From an uncultured candidatus Brocadiaceae bacterium (GTDB taxonomy: Bacteria; Planctomycetota; Brocadiia; SM23-32), in NCBI GenBank assembly GCA_964521715.1, contig CAZFSS010000001.1, forward strand, positions 26,802-90,801: DNA of 64,000 nucleotides. Direction: 5' to 3'. How positions within the stretch are numbered: position 1 is the first letter of the stretch; every line of letters starts with the position of its first letter. This document shows positions 1 to 9,459 of the stretch, piece by piece. The notes beneath the pieces are model-generated. The model worked only from the letters and a program-made list of their open reading frames with translations, did not search any database and was not told where the DNA came from. A program made the position numbers and the translations under genes.

Positions 1-777
1 ATGCCGCAAGGCGAGCTGTCCGCGTTTGGCGATTACCTGAGCAAGGACTACGTGCTGGTGCTCGTCTGGATAGGTTCGCGCGAGGAGGTCATGAAGAAGT
101 TCCCGGGCTACGGGACGGCCTGGGACATGGCGCGGTGGCCGTGCGTGCACGTCCGGTTCCCAACGGAGCGCCCGTTCTACCCGCTTCGGCCGACGTCGTC
201 TTACGGAAGTGCCGAGATGAGGATACGCCTGTTCCTGATCGGCTACTTCGATGTCGCGAACAAAGAGTCATTAGGTCACGAAGCGGGTGTCCGCTACTAC
301 CGGCACGGGAGTCGCCTCGAAGGCGCGCCCAAGGGCTTCCCGCAAGGGACATCGGGCGGTCACATGCCATACACGCGCGTCTGGTTCCAGACGGCGGCGA
401 GGAATCTCACCGAGGACCTCTGGTTCTTGCCGGTCAAGGTGCCGAGCATGGCCTACGGCGCAGCCATCGACTCCATCCTCTCGCGCGAGTACGCCCCGTG
501 GTCCTGGCTCTACCCCTGGGCGCTCTGCCTGGCCGGGCTGTCCTATGTCTCGGCCGGGCTTGCGTCCCTGGTCGTCTACCGGTCGTGGAGGCGCAAGGCC
601 CTGATGGGCCTTTGGAACATGCTGACCCTCGTGGGCCTGGCCATCGCCGTGTTCACCCGGCCTGCCGCCGACAACCGGGAGCGCAACCTTCGGGCCCTGT
701 TCTTCCTCGCCTTCGGCTGCGCCTTCCTGCTTCTGAGCTGCTTGTTCGAGCAGGTGCTCCTCCGGCCGCTGGGCTGA
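1..777 (+). CDS. hypothetical membrane protein (5' partial, runs off window edge)
   Basis: Long protein-like ORF from position 1; C-terminal hydrophobic segments (LYPWALCLAGLSYVSAGLASLVV, MLTLVGLAIAVF, LFFLAFGCAFLLLSCLF); no family recognised. Confidence 0.5.
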   Translation: MPQGELSAFGDYLSKDYVLVLVWIGSREEVMKKFPGYGTAWDMARWPCVHVRFPTERPFYPLRPTSSYGSAEMRIRLFLIGYFDVANKESLGHEAGVRYYRHGSRLEGAPKGFPQGTSGGHMPYTRVWFQTAARNLTEDLWFLPVKVPSMAYGAAIDSILSREYAPWSWLYPWALCLAGLSYVSAGLASLVVYRSWRRKALMGLWNMLTLVGLAIAVFTRPAADNRERNLRALFFLAFGCAFLLLSCLFEQVLLRPLG

Positions 778-826
778 GCGTTCGACCCGGGAGGCAAGGG
801 AGCCGGTTTAGTCGAAAGGACACGCC

Positions 827-1327
827 ATGGAGTTCTTCGAAGTGATTGAGCGGAGGGCCAGCGTGCGGGCCTTCAAGAAGTGCGAGGTGCCGGAAGAGGA
901 CCTGATGCGGATCCTGGACGCCGGGCGACGCGCGCCGTCGGGCTACAACCGGCAGCCCTGGGAGTTCATCCTTGTGCGCCACGAGGAGACGCTCGGGGCG
1001 CTCGGGACGATACAGGGCTGCATCGGGCAGGCGTCCGTCGCCATCGCAGTGGTGATGGACGAGGAGGCCAGCCAGTATTGGAAAGAGGATGCGGCGGCCG
1101 CCATCGAGAACATGCTCCTAGCCGCCGTGGCGCTTGGCTACGCGTCCCTCTGGGTCGAGGGCTACGTGCTGCGGCACGAGGCCTACGGCAAGGAGGTGCT
1201 CGGCGTGCCGGACGACAGGCGCCTGCTGGCCATATTGCCCATAGGCGAAGCGGCGGTGGAGCCCTCCCAGGCAGGCAAGAAGCCTCTTGCCGAGATCTTG
1301 TACCGGGACCGTTACGGCCAGCGGTGA
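827..1327 (+). CDS. nitroreductase family protein
   Basis: ATG start; motifs RASVRAF..., SGYNRQPWEFILV, AIENMLLAAVALGY typical of the NADH oxidase/nitroreductase fold. Confidence 0.85.
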   Translation: MEFFEVIERRASVRAFKKCEVPEEDLMRILDAGRRAPSGYNRQPWEFILVRHEETLGALGTIQGCIGQASVAIAVVMDEEASQYWKEDAAAAIENMLLAAVALGYASLWVEGYVLRHEAYGKEVLGVPDDRRLLAILPIGEAAVEPSQAGKKPLAEILYRDRYGQR

Positions 1328-1479
1328 GCGGCGGGCGCTCGGGTCGCCGCACCGGCATGAGCTTTGCGACGCTGCCACGCACGTGGCCGTGTCCAGGTTT
1401 GACTTCGTCATGCCGTGCGGCGTAGCATGGCGGGCCGCTGCGGCGGCGCGTGCCGATCGCTTCTCTGGAGGAGCGGCAG

Positions 1480-1785
1480 ATGGAGCTCACGCGGGAAGAG
1501 CGCGAGTTGCTGGAGTCCTATCTCAAGATGAACGCGGATTACAGGGGCTGGATCGTCGGCGCGGTCGTGGGCGCGGCGATCTGCGCCGGGGCTCTGGTGG
1601 CGGCGTTCCTCAGGCTCCTGAACGTCCAGCCGGTCTACCTGCTGCTGGCCCTTATAGTCGGCATGGTTGTGGTCGAGCTCGCCCTGACTCGCCGCGACAA
1701 CACGTGCCTCGCGGGGATCCTCCAGAAGTACGACACGGAGGTCCGCCGGTTGAAGTATCCCGAGGAGGACGAGGAAACCGTCTGA
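1480..1785 (+). CDS. small membrane protein (hypothetical)
   Basis: ATG preceded by ggaggagcggcag (GGAGGAG Shine-Dalgarno, 6-nt spacing); two predicted TM helices; the track ORF begins at an upstream GTG (1450). Confidence 0.5.
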   Translation: MELTREERELLESYLKMNADYRGWIVGAVVGAAICAGALVAAFLRLLNVQPVYLLLALIVGMVVVELALTRRDNTCLAGILQKYDTEVRRLKYPEEDEETV

Positions 1786-1793
1786 GCCCGCCG

Positions 1794-4226
1794 TCAGAGC
1801 AGCCCCATCCTCTTGCGCAGCGCCCATTCCGCCGCCAGCGCCGCCACGAGCAGCGCCAGCAGGTAAGGCGTGTCCCACAGCGGCTTGAGCGGGCCGGGCT
1901 CGACGACCGTGCGGCTCCGGTCCGGGATGCTGCGGATGAACCGGGCGAACTCCGACGGCCTCACGTAGCGCCCGCCCGTCATGTGCGCCAGCCTCTGCAT
2001 GACGTCGCGCGCCGTGCGCGGATCATCGAACTCGACGTTCGGCCGCTTCACTTCGAAAGATTGCGTGATGCGCAAGCCGTCCGGCGCCGAGTAGGCCAGC
2101 TCGAACCGGCCGAACTGCTGCGGGTAGAGGACGCCGCCGTAGCCGCCCGGCGTCGCCTGGATCGGCTGCAGGCGGACCGGCTCTTCGTCCTCGCCATCGC
2201 GGCGGACGCTCAGCTCGACCGTGCCGGCCTGCACCGGCCTGAACTCGGCGTCCAGCAGACGGGCGCGGATTCGGACGGCCTGGCCGAGCTCGTAGGCCGA
2301 GCTGTCGAGCTCGATGCGCGCGCGCTTCTCCAGCCCGGTCGGCCGGCCGGACGCGCAGTAGCGCAGGGCCTGCAGCCAGAACCGGTCGTAATGGCCGATG
2401 CCGCGCCGGCGCCAACGCCACGTCTCCGGGCTGCCGCAGTAGAAGACGCGCCCGAGGCCGTAGCTGTGAACCGCCGCCAGGGGAATGCCCTGTGCCGCCG
2501 CCATGCCGGCGCGCCGGTCCGCGCAGCGCAGCAGCACGGTGGCGCCCGACTTCGCAGTGCGGGCCGGCAGGACCCAATACAGCCCCGGCATGGACTGCCA
2601 GAACGCGACGGCGTCGACGCCGCCCGCCGGACCGGTGATCGGATGGCCTGCGGCCTCCTCGTCCAGCGCCACGGCTCGGCTTTCCGTAGCGTAACCCGCT
2701 CCGCCGATCAGGGCCTGGTTCGCGGCGGCGTCCACGACGACCGGCAGCAAGTCCCGCAGGCGCCCGAGGGCAGGATCGGCCAGCAACTCTGGAGCATGCA
2801 TCGGTCCGGCCGAGAAGGCGAGGCCGAGCCCCTGGCTGTCCACGGCTTCCGCCAGCATGCCGATCCAGTCCGCCGCGAAATCGTCGGGCGCGGGGTCGCA
2901 GGCAAGAACGACGTCGTAGGCGAGCAGCTCCTCCCGCTGACGGGGGAGGGCGACTCCGCCTTCGGGCCCCGTCGCCCCGTACAGGCGCACCGTCGCCTCG
3001 AAGGCCGGATCGCGCTCGATCAGGGCCCTGAGGAACCGGTACTCGTGGGAGGGCTCGCCGGCCACGAGGAGCACGCGGATCTTCTCGTCCGCCACGGTGA
3101 CCTCCGTGGACGCGCTGTTGTCGTCGGTTCGCGCTTCGCCTTCGAGCGGCTCGGCTCGGGCCGTGTACGTGAACCTGCCCGCGGCCTCGGGCACGTGACT
3201 CAGGTCCACCTCCTGGCGGGCGCCTCCTGCCGCCAGCTCGACGGACCGTTCCAGGGCCTGCTGCTCCTCCTTGGTCTCGCCGTCCGTCGCCGTCAGCGTG
3301 ACGCGGACGGTCTGTCCTTCGTACCCCTGTGACCTGACGAAGGCCCGCATCTCGAGCGGCAGCCCCTTCAGGGCTCTGGCAGCGGCGGCAAGCTCGACGA
3401 CGGCGACGTTCCGCGGCATCTCGGGGCTGCCCAGGCCCACGAAATGCACCGGCACGCCGAGCTCTGCGGCGTCGACGGCCAGCGAGGCCAGATCGCCTCC
3501 CTCCGTGTCACGCCCGTCCGTCAGGACGACGATCCCGGCCGTCCGGTCCGGGTCGGGCTGCCTGAGCGCCCAGGTCAGGGCGCCGACCAGGTCGGTGCGA
3601 AGGCCCGTGGGGGCCCACTCGGGCGGCATGGCTCCTTCCGCGGCCGGACCGCCCGCTGCGGTTGCCTTCGCGGGCGCCGGGGGGAGTCCCAGCACCGACT
3701 GCACGTTCTCTGCGAACGTGGCCAGCTCCACCTGGTTCCTGCGGTCGCGGTCCTCTAGGATGCCCGAGGCCTGCAGGAGGCCGCGCAGGACTTCGTGCCT
3801 GGTGAGGTCCGCCAGCCGCTCCGGCCCTCCGAGGCCGAGCGCTGCCGCCCAGTCGGCCTTCAGTTCGCCCGGAAGCTGCGGATCGCGGATAGACATGCTG
3901 GCAGAGCGATCGGCCAGGATAAGCAGTCGCCCGGCCAGAAGGCGCTCGGCGTCGTGCGCAAGGGAGGGCTCCAGGAGGATGATGGCCGCCGCGGCCAGGC
4001 ACAGCAGGCGCAGGCCGCAGCATGCCCAGCGAAAGCGGGCGTCATGCGCCGGTCGTTCCCGGCGGTACAGGATCGCGACGAAGGCGACAATGCCGGCGGC
4101 GATGGCGAGTGCCACCAATGCCGCCGTCCCAGCGGGCATGCCCAGCCACTCGACGCGGGTGCGCAGGTGCTCGGCGGCGGCCGGGGGCCCCGCGGCTGCG
4201 AGCAGTAGGGACGGCGCCCAGTTCAT
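1794..4226 (-). CDS. BatA-like (aerotolerance-regulator N-terminal) / VWA-domain membrane protein
   Basis: ATG at 4224-4226 (MNWAPSLLLAAAG...); N-terminal TM region, VWA-like segment (ILADRSASMS ... VVLTDGRDTEG ... VHFVGLG), C-terminal TM helix; start overlaps the upstream gene stop (ATGA). Confidence 0.75.
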   Translation of the reverse strand: MNWAPSLLLAAAGPPAAAEHLRTRVEWLGMPAGTAALVALAIAAGIVAFVAILYRRERPAHDARFRWACCGLRLLCLAAAAIILLEPSLAHDAERLLAGRLLILADRSASMSIRDPQLPGELKADWAAALGLGGPERLADLTRHEVLRGLLQASGILEDRDRRNQVELATFAENVQSVLGLPPAPAKATAAGGPAAEGAMPPEWAPTGLRTDLVGALTWALRQPDPDRTAGIVVLTDGRDTEGGDLASLAVDAAELGVPVHFVGLGSPEMPRNVAVVELAAAARALKGLPLEMRAFVRSQGYEGQTVRVTLTATDGETKEEQQALERSVELAAGGARQEVDLSHVPEAAGRFTYTARAEPLEGEARTDDNSASTEVTVADEKIRVLLVAGEPSHEYRFLRALIERDPAFEATVRLYGATGPEGGVALPRQREELLAYDVVLACDPAPDDFAADWIGMLAEAVDSQGLGLAFSAGPMHAPELLADPALGRLRDLLPVVVDAAANQALIGGAGYATESRAVALDEEAAGHPITGPAGGVDAVAFWQSMPGLYWVLPARTAKSGATVLLRCADRRAGMAAAQGIPLAAVHSYGLGRVFYCGSPETWRWRRRGIGHYDRFWLQALRYCASGRPTGLEKRARIELDSSAYELGQAVRIRARLLDAEFRPVQAGTVELSVRRDGEDEEPVRLQPIQATPGGYGGVLYPQQFGRFELAYSAPDGLRITQSFEVKRPNVEFDDPRTARDVMQRLAHMTGGRYVRPSEFARFIRSIPDRSRTVVEPGPLKPLWDTPYLLALLVAALAAEWALRKRMGLL

Positions 4227-6454
4227 GGCTCCCTCCCCGTGCGTCGCGCTCCGGCGTCGAGCGGCCTGCCCGGGCGCCCGAAGGTCCAGGCGAGCAGGCT
4301 GTCCAGCAGGAGGACGACGATCGCCGCGGCGGCAAGAGCCGGCCAGTACCGGCGGCCGCCGATCGCGCCCCCGAACGCCGACTCCAGCAGATCGTCGCTG
4401 AACTGGAGGACCGTCAGCATCCCGCCGGCCGCGGCAGCCCGCACGACGGCCGGGTCGGTCCTGGCGAGCAGGCGCTCCCGGTCGGGGACGTTGACGGCGA
4501 AGAGGGCTTCCTGGCGTGCGCCGTCCTCGCCCGTCAGCTCGAGCTGCCATATGCCCGCCCGCGTCAGGGGCTCGCTGACGAACCAGAGCCCCTCCCTGTG
4601 CTCGATCGAGCCCGCGCGAAGCGTGGCTCCCCCGGCGGTGACCGGACCGCCGGCTCCCTCCGCATGGCGCAGCATGGCCTCCGGGCGGAAGCGCGAGGGG
4701 TCCAGCGGGTACTCGATGCGGGAACCCCCGGCCAGGTTGACCTCGGGCCTGCCGGCGGCCGCTGCGCTCTCGACCAGCCGATGCATCAGGGCAACGTACG
4801 TCACGCGCCCGGCCTCGGAGCGCGGCCAGTCCGTCCAGGCATCATCGGCGCTGCTGGCGAACAGCACCACCGATCCCCGTCCGGCCCGTCCAGCCAGGAT
4901 TGCGGGCGAGGACCGAGCATCGCCCAAACGCGCGAGCACCTTCGTGTCGCCGAGCGGCTGGACGGAGAAGAAGCGGGTGACGCGCACCAGGCCGAAGAGC
5001 GTCTGCCAGTCCGCGAACGGCGCGAGCAGCGGATCGGAGACGTCCAGTTCGGCCAGGTGCGCGGCCTCGGCCGGCTCCAGGTCGAATCGAGTTTCGATGC
5101 GGCATGGCAGCAGCCCGTCCTGCGCCCTGAAGAGCGTGGCGTTCCATGCCTCGGCGTCCACTTGATCGCCGAGAAAGACGACGAGGCGACCGCCGGATTC
5201 GACGTAGCGGGCAAGCGGTTCCTGCCAGGCGGCAGGCGAACGGACGTTGCACAGGAAGACGGCGGCGTATCGCCGCAGGTCGTCCGGCCGCGTCAAGCCG
5301 GCGGGGCTGAGTTCCGGCCTGATTCCCACGGGCGCCGCGTGCTCCGGCCGGAGCGCGCGCCTGAGGTAGTAGGCCGCCCCGTCCGGCCTGTCCGGTCGCG
5401 CGTCGCCCGCGGCGATGAGCACGGGCACCTCCCGGACCGCGTCGAGGGCGACGAACCGCCGGTCGTCGGGAGGAAAAGAGTCCGCATCGGACAGCGCCAC
5501 CTCGAGCGCGTGGGGGCCGGGCGACTCCAGGTAGACTTCCAGCGGCACCTCGCGTCGCTCCCCGGCCGGCACCGCTGGAGTCGCGACCGGCGGAAGCGCC
5601 TCTCCGTCCAGCCGGACGTCCATCCGTGATGCCGGCAGCCCGTCCGCGCCGTCGTTCTGAATGACGCCTTGCAGGACCGACGCGCTCTGCGCGTACGCCA
5701 ACTGGTCGGCGCCGGCCACGTCCGTGACCCCCGCGTTGTTGGTCCCCGGGGTACCGAAGTCGATGATGACGACGGAGCCGCGCTCTTGGAGCGCCTCGAG
5801 GCCCCGCCGGGCGTCGGGTCGCAGTTGGTGCTCTCCCCAGTCTGCCGCGCGCAGGTCGGTCAGCACGAGGAACGCCGTCTTGCCGGCGCCGGCTGCGGCC
5901 GCTGCGGCCAGCGTGGCAAGGGCGTCGCCGGGCTCGAAGACGAGGGCGCCCGGCCGCAGTCCGTCTAGCTCGTTTGCCACCCGGTCGAGGTCCCCCGCGA
6001 GCAAACGAGACGCCGCGAAGAAGGGCTCGCCCTCGCTCGCCACGTACCCGGCGAACGCGACGTCGCGACCCGCGACCTGACGGGCCGCCGCGAGCGTGAA
6101 ATCCTTTGCCCTATCGAAGGCGCTGATGCCGGCCTCTTGCTGCGCCATGCTTGCGGAGTCATCCAGCAGCACGACCACGCGGGACCCCGATTCCATCAAC
6201 GCGGACAGGGGCCGGGCCGAGCGCGGGCGGGCGAACACGAGAACGAGCAGGATAACGGCGCTCACCCGCAGCAGCAGCACCAGCAGATTCTGCCACTGGA
6301 TGCGCCGGCGGCTCTGCCTTTCGGCGCGGACCAGGTGTTCCATCGCCGCCCACGGGACGCGGCGATAGCGCCGCCTGTTGAGGATGTGGATCAGGACGGG
6401 GACGGCGGCGGCCGGCAGGGCCCAGAGGAACTCCGGGCGGGCGAAGTCAACCAT
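4223..6454 (-). CDS. BatA N-terminal domain + von Willebrand factor A domain protein
   Basis: N-terminus MVDFARPEFLWALPAAAVPVLIHILNRRRYRR matches the BatA N-terminal motif; VWA motifs VVVLLDDSASM and TAFLVLTDLRAADW; C-terminal TM helix. Confidence 0.8.
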   Translation of the reverse strand: MVDFARPEFLWALPAAAVPVLIHILNRRRYRRVPWAAMEHLVRAERQSRRRIQWQNLLVLLLRVSAVILLVLVFARPRSARPLSALMESGSRVVVLLDDSASMAQQEAGISAFDRAKDFTLAAARQVAGRDVAFAGYVASEGEPFFAASRLLAGDLDRVANELDGLRPGALVFEPGDALATLAAAAAAGAGKTAFLVLTDLRAADWGEHQLRPDARRGLEALQERGSVVIIDFGTPGTNNAGVTDVAGADQLAYAQSASVLQGVIQNDGADGLPASRMDVRLDGEALPPVATPAVPAGERREVPLEVYLESPGPHALEVALSDADSFPPDDRRFVALDAVREVPVLIAAGDARPDRPDGAAYYLRRALRPEHAAPVGIRPELSPAGLTRPDDLRRYAAVFLCNVRSPAAWQEPLARYVESGGRLVVFLGDQVDAEAWNATLFRAQDGLLPCRIETRFDLEPAEAAHLAELDVSDPLLAPFADWQTLFGLVRVTRFFSVQPLGDTKVLARLGDARSSPAILAGRAGRGSVVLFASSADDAWTDWPRSEAGRVTYVALMHRLVESAAAAGRPEVNLAGGSRIEYPLDPSRFRPEAMLRHAEGAGGPVTAGGATLRAGSIEHREGLWFVSEPLTRAGIWQLELTGEDGARQEALFAVNVPDRERLLARTDPAVVRAAAAGGMLTVLQFSDDLLESAFGGAIGGRRYWPALAAAAIVVLLLDSLLAWTFGRPGRPLDAGARRTGREP

Positions 6455-7559
6455 GGGGGCCGCCTCCGCACGCGCGTTCCACGGCGGCGTCGAGCAGGGG
6501 GGCGACGCGGTCCCACCCGAACCGGCGCATCTCGGCGCTCAGGTCCACGGATCTCGCCTCGCCCGGACGCTCGATCCAGCGGACGAGCCGGGCCTTCAAG
6601 CCGTCCCTGTCCCCGTAGAGGCACGCATCGTGCCGGCCAGCCGGCAGCAGCTCCGGATAGCTCAGATCGTCCGGCAGAAGAGGCGCGCAGCCCGCATAGA
6701 CGGCTTCCACCACCGAGATGCCGAAGAACTCCTGCACGGCGGTCGACACGACGACGTCGCTTTCCAGCAGGAGCCGGCAGTACTCGGCGCGGGACTGCAC
6801 GTAGCCGAAACTCCTGATGCGGGGCGCAAGGCGCCGACGGGCCTCCTCGAAGATCGCCGGCGCCGTGCGGAACGTCTGGCCCGTGACGACGAGCCGGAAC
6901 TCGCGGCCCTCGTCCTGGAGTTCCATCATCAGGTCGAAGAACGTCTCGGCCCCCTTGTCGTACTCCCACCGGTGGTTCCACAGGATGCAGAGCGGGCCGT
7001 CCGGCGCTTTGGCCGAGCCGCGCTGGGCGTCGATGGACGCGAGGTCCACGCCCACGGGCACGACTTCCGAACGCTGCCTGATCCGCTCCGCCGCCCAGTC
7101 CGGCGCGTAATCCGGCATGCGTGCCAGCAGATGCCCCGCCGCCGCGAGGAAGCTCTCCATGTGGTAGCGCGAGTTGAAGAGCACGCGGTCGGCGGCCAGG
7201 CACGTCGTGATGTTCGTGAAGCCGAACTGATAGTCTCGCTCGTCCTCGCTCGGCAGGGGATAGGTGAGCTGGTTCTCGTGGAAGTAGGCCACACAGGGCA
7301 CGCCGCCCAGCAGTTCCGCCCGCGTGCCGAGGAGGGCGGCCAGGTCAAGGTAGTCGCTGACCAGCAGCGCGTCGAACGTGCCGCGCCGTTCGCTCAGGAG
7401 CTCCCCCATGGCCAGCGCCGCGCCCCGCATCCGCCACTTCCATTTGCGCGCCGGCATCGTGAGCAGATCGAGCCTGTGGCGGCTGTGCCCGCGATAGCCG
7501 TCCAGGAATGCCTGATGCGAGCCGCCGTAGTAGGGCTCCAGGGCGAGGACGCGCAGCAT
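6447..7559 (-). CDS. DUF3524-type glycosyltransferase (GT4-like)
   Basis: N-terminus MLRVLALEPYYGGSHQAFLDG is characteristic of DUF3524/GT1 proteins; C-terminal GT-B motifs (EFFGISVVEAVYAGCAPLLP); 8-bp overlap with the downstream BatA gene. Confidence 0.75.
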   Translation of the reverse strand: MLRVLALEPYYGGSHQAFLDGYRGHSRHRLDLLTMPARKWKWRMRGAALAMGELLSERRGTFDALLVSDYLDLAALLGTRAELLGGVPCVAYFHENQLTYPLPSEDERDYQFGFTNITTCLAADRVLFNSRYHMESFLAAAGHLLARMPDYAPDWAAERIRQRSEVVPVGVDLASIDAQRGSAKAPDGPLCILWNHRWEYDKGAETFFDLMMELQDEGREFRLVVTGQTFRTAPAIFEEARRRLAPRIRSFGYVQSRAEYCRLLLESDVVVSTAVQEFFGISVVEAVYAGCAPLLPDDLSYPELLPAGRHDACLYGDRDGLKARLVRWIERPGEARSVDLSAEMRRFGWDRVAPLLDAAVERACGGGPHG

Positions 7560-8060
7560 GGGGGCCCTTCGCTTCCATGAGGGAGTAGGCCAGTGGCAAG
7601 CCGCCTGAGCGCATTCTAAGCATCGCCGTCCGCCTGCGCAAGGCAGCGGGGGATGGGCCCGATCTGCTCCGTGAGCGAGTGCTGCTCGACCTCGCCCACG
7701 CCTGTCCTTCGGAGCTTGAGCGGAGTGGGATCGCCGCGGGCGCTCTTCGGCCCCTGGAGCGGAAAGGGGTTCGGCGGTTGGACCCCGGCGGTCCGGGAGC
7801 GCGAGCAGCAGATCCTGGCCGAGGCCCTCGGCCTCGAGCGCGGGGCTATGGCCGAGATCGAGGCGGCGCTGGAGGCCTCAGGCGCGGAGATACCTTAACC
7901 GCCGGCTCGAAGCGCCTGAGGCGTGGCTGCCGGGCGGTTGAACAGGCCTTGACAATAGGCCGTCTTAAGTATAGACTCCCGCGCGGTTGACACCGCAGAG
8001 CCTCACAGGTTGTTCCCGTGGGCCAGCGACGGGCTGACCCTTGACCGGCGAAAGGAGGGG

Positions 8061-9251
8061 ATGGAGATGTCCAGGTGCGGATGGAGGGTGTTGGTTGGCG
8101 TAGCGGTGGCCGCACTCGCAGGGACGGCTGTGCCCGCCAGGGCTAGCGTCGTGCTGCTGGACGAGTACTGGTCGCCCGAGATCATGGTGAACGACGTGAA
8201 GATGACGGAGGTCGACACCGAGGCGACCGGCGACCCCACACAGGCCGTGGCTGGCTACTTCAGCGCGAAGCTGGAGAACACGACCGGCGCACCTAACGTG
8301 CGTTTCCGCAACGCGGCCACCGTGCGGCCAGCCGACCTGCCGCCGGATGACACGGAGGCCAGGCTCTGGTACCGAACCGACAAGTGGAACGGCAAGATGG
8401 CGCTGGAGGTCTGGCTCTACGTTCCGTCGGCCGGCCGGCCCGTGCAGATGCTGACGGCCGAGCTTGACGGAGGCGGCGAGGCCGGCCGGCTGATCGCCGA
8501 CGACCGCTGGCACCTCGCGAAGGGGCTCCTCAAGAAGGGCACGGAGTATGACGTGGCCGCTGCAGAGACAGTGCCGACTGCCGCCTTCATCTGGCTGCGC
8601 CCGAGGGAGGGCTGGGACATCGCCCACACGACCTACGTCGACCGCATCGAGGCCGTCGTCGTCAGTGGGCCGGTGAAGGACAAGCCCATGCCGGCGCCCG
8701 CCCGCCGCGTCAGGCCCCTGCCGGGCGCCCAGATCAACGCGCCCGGGCTGGTCCTGATCGAGGGCGAGAACATTGCCAAGGACCCGTTCCCTCCCGGCAG
8801 CGCCTACCTGCCGGACTACGCCGACGAGCAGAGGCTGCTGAGCAACGGCGCGTGGCTTCAGTCAGCGGAGGTGCCCGGCGCGGTGGCCGCATGGCAGTTC
8901 AGCGTCGCCGACGCCGGCCGCTACGCGCTGTGGGCGCGCGGGTTCTGGTTCCGCGGCGGGTTCCGCTGGCGCGTGGACGGGGGCGAGTGGCAGACGTCCG
9001 GCCCGGACCGGAAGATCGTGAACGCGGTCCATTACCGGGACATCGATGCCGAGGCCTGGGGCCTGCCGGCGATCACCGTCGGCTGGACGCCGCTCGGGCA
9101 GGTCACGCTGCCTGAGGGCGAACACACGCTGGAAATCGAATGCACGGAGGACGCGCTCGGCTTCGCCTTCGACTGCTGGGTGCTGGCGCGGGACGCGTTC
9201 GCCGCGCCTGGTCCGGCAGCCGCGCCGTCGGGCGAAGCACAAGCGCCGTGA
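8061..9251 (+). CDS. secreted protein with C-terminal carbohydrate-binding-like beta-sandwich domain
   Basis: ATG after aaaggagggg RBS; signal peptide MEMSRCGWRVLVGVAVAALAGTAVPARA; Trp/Gly-rich C-terminal region (AWQFSVADAGRYALWARGFWFRGGFRWRVDGGEWQ) resembling CBM-type domains. Confidence 0.6.
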   Translation: MEMSRCGWRVLVGVAVAALAGTAVPARASVVLLDEYWSPEIMVNDVKMTEVDTEATGDPTQAVAGYFSAKLENTTGAPNVRFRNAATVRPADLPPDDTEARLWYRTDKWNGKMALEVWLYVPSAGRPVQMLTAELDGGGEAGRLIADDRWHLAKGLLKKGTEYDVAAAETVPTAAFIWLRPREGWDIAHTTYVDRIEAVVVSGPVKDKPMPAPARRVRPLPGAQINAPGLVLIEGENIAKDPFPPGSAYLPDYADEQRLLSNGAWLQSAEVPGAVAAWQFSVADAGRYALWARGFWFRGGFRWRVDGGEWQTSGPDRKIVNAVHYRDIDAEAWGLPAITVGWTPLGQVTLPEGEHTLEIECTEDALGFAFDCWVLARDAFAAPGPAAAPSGEAQAP

Positions 9252-9459
9252 CGCGCAGGCAGCAGCGGCCCGGTCGTGACCAAGGACGCGGGAGGCCAGG
9301 TGACGTGGAGTTCCGCAGGCGGGTCGCAGTAGGTGCCGCAGGTCCCGATCTCGCCGCAGCGTTTTGCGCGCCGTTGACGCTTCCGCCGCCCGGCGGTAAT
9401 CTCGGAGCCTCTCTGTGGACCGGGCTCATTCCCCTTCCGTGCGAGCAGGCGAGGGCCAC

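Noticed and set aside
1287-3332. 681-aa plus-strand ORF (with similar long ORFs at 4022..5629, 6378..7580, 19309..20442, 24633..26279, 30762..31832, 34394..36613, 38379..40880, 40850..43180, 51517..53697, 56048..57262, 57610..58521, 60167..61621 and 61898..62893)
   Set aside because: All are antisense or off-frame to well-supported genes. Their translations are Arg/Ala/Gly/Pro-rich low-complexity strings typical of stop-codon-poor high-GC DNA, and none has recognisable motifs.
7590-7612. Possible sigma-54 promoter (tggcaagccgcctgagc)
   Set aside because: The -24 GG is present but the -12 element (TTGC) is not matched (TGAG). No better TGGCAC-N5-TTGC match was seen near the sigma-54 activator operon.
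7653-7898. 81-aa ORF in the GT / secreted-protein intergenic region
   Set aside because: No RBS or family; only the C-terminal 35 aa look protein-like. It could be a small gene, but the evidence is insufficient.
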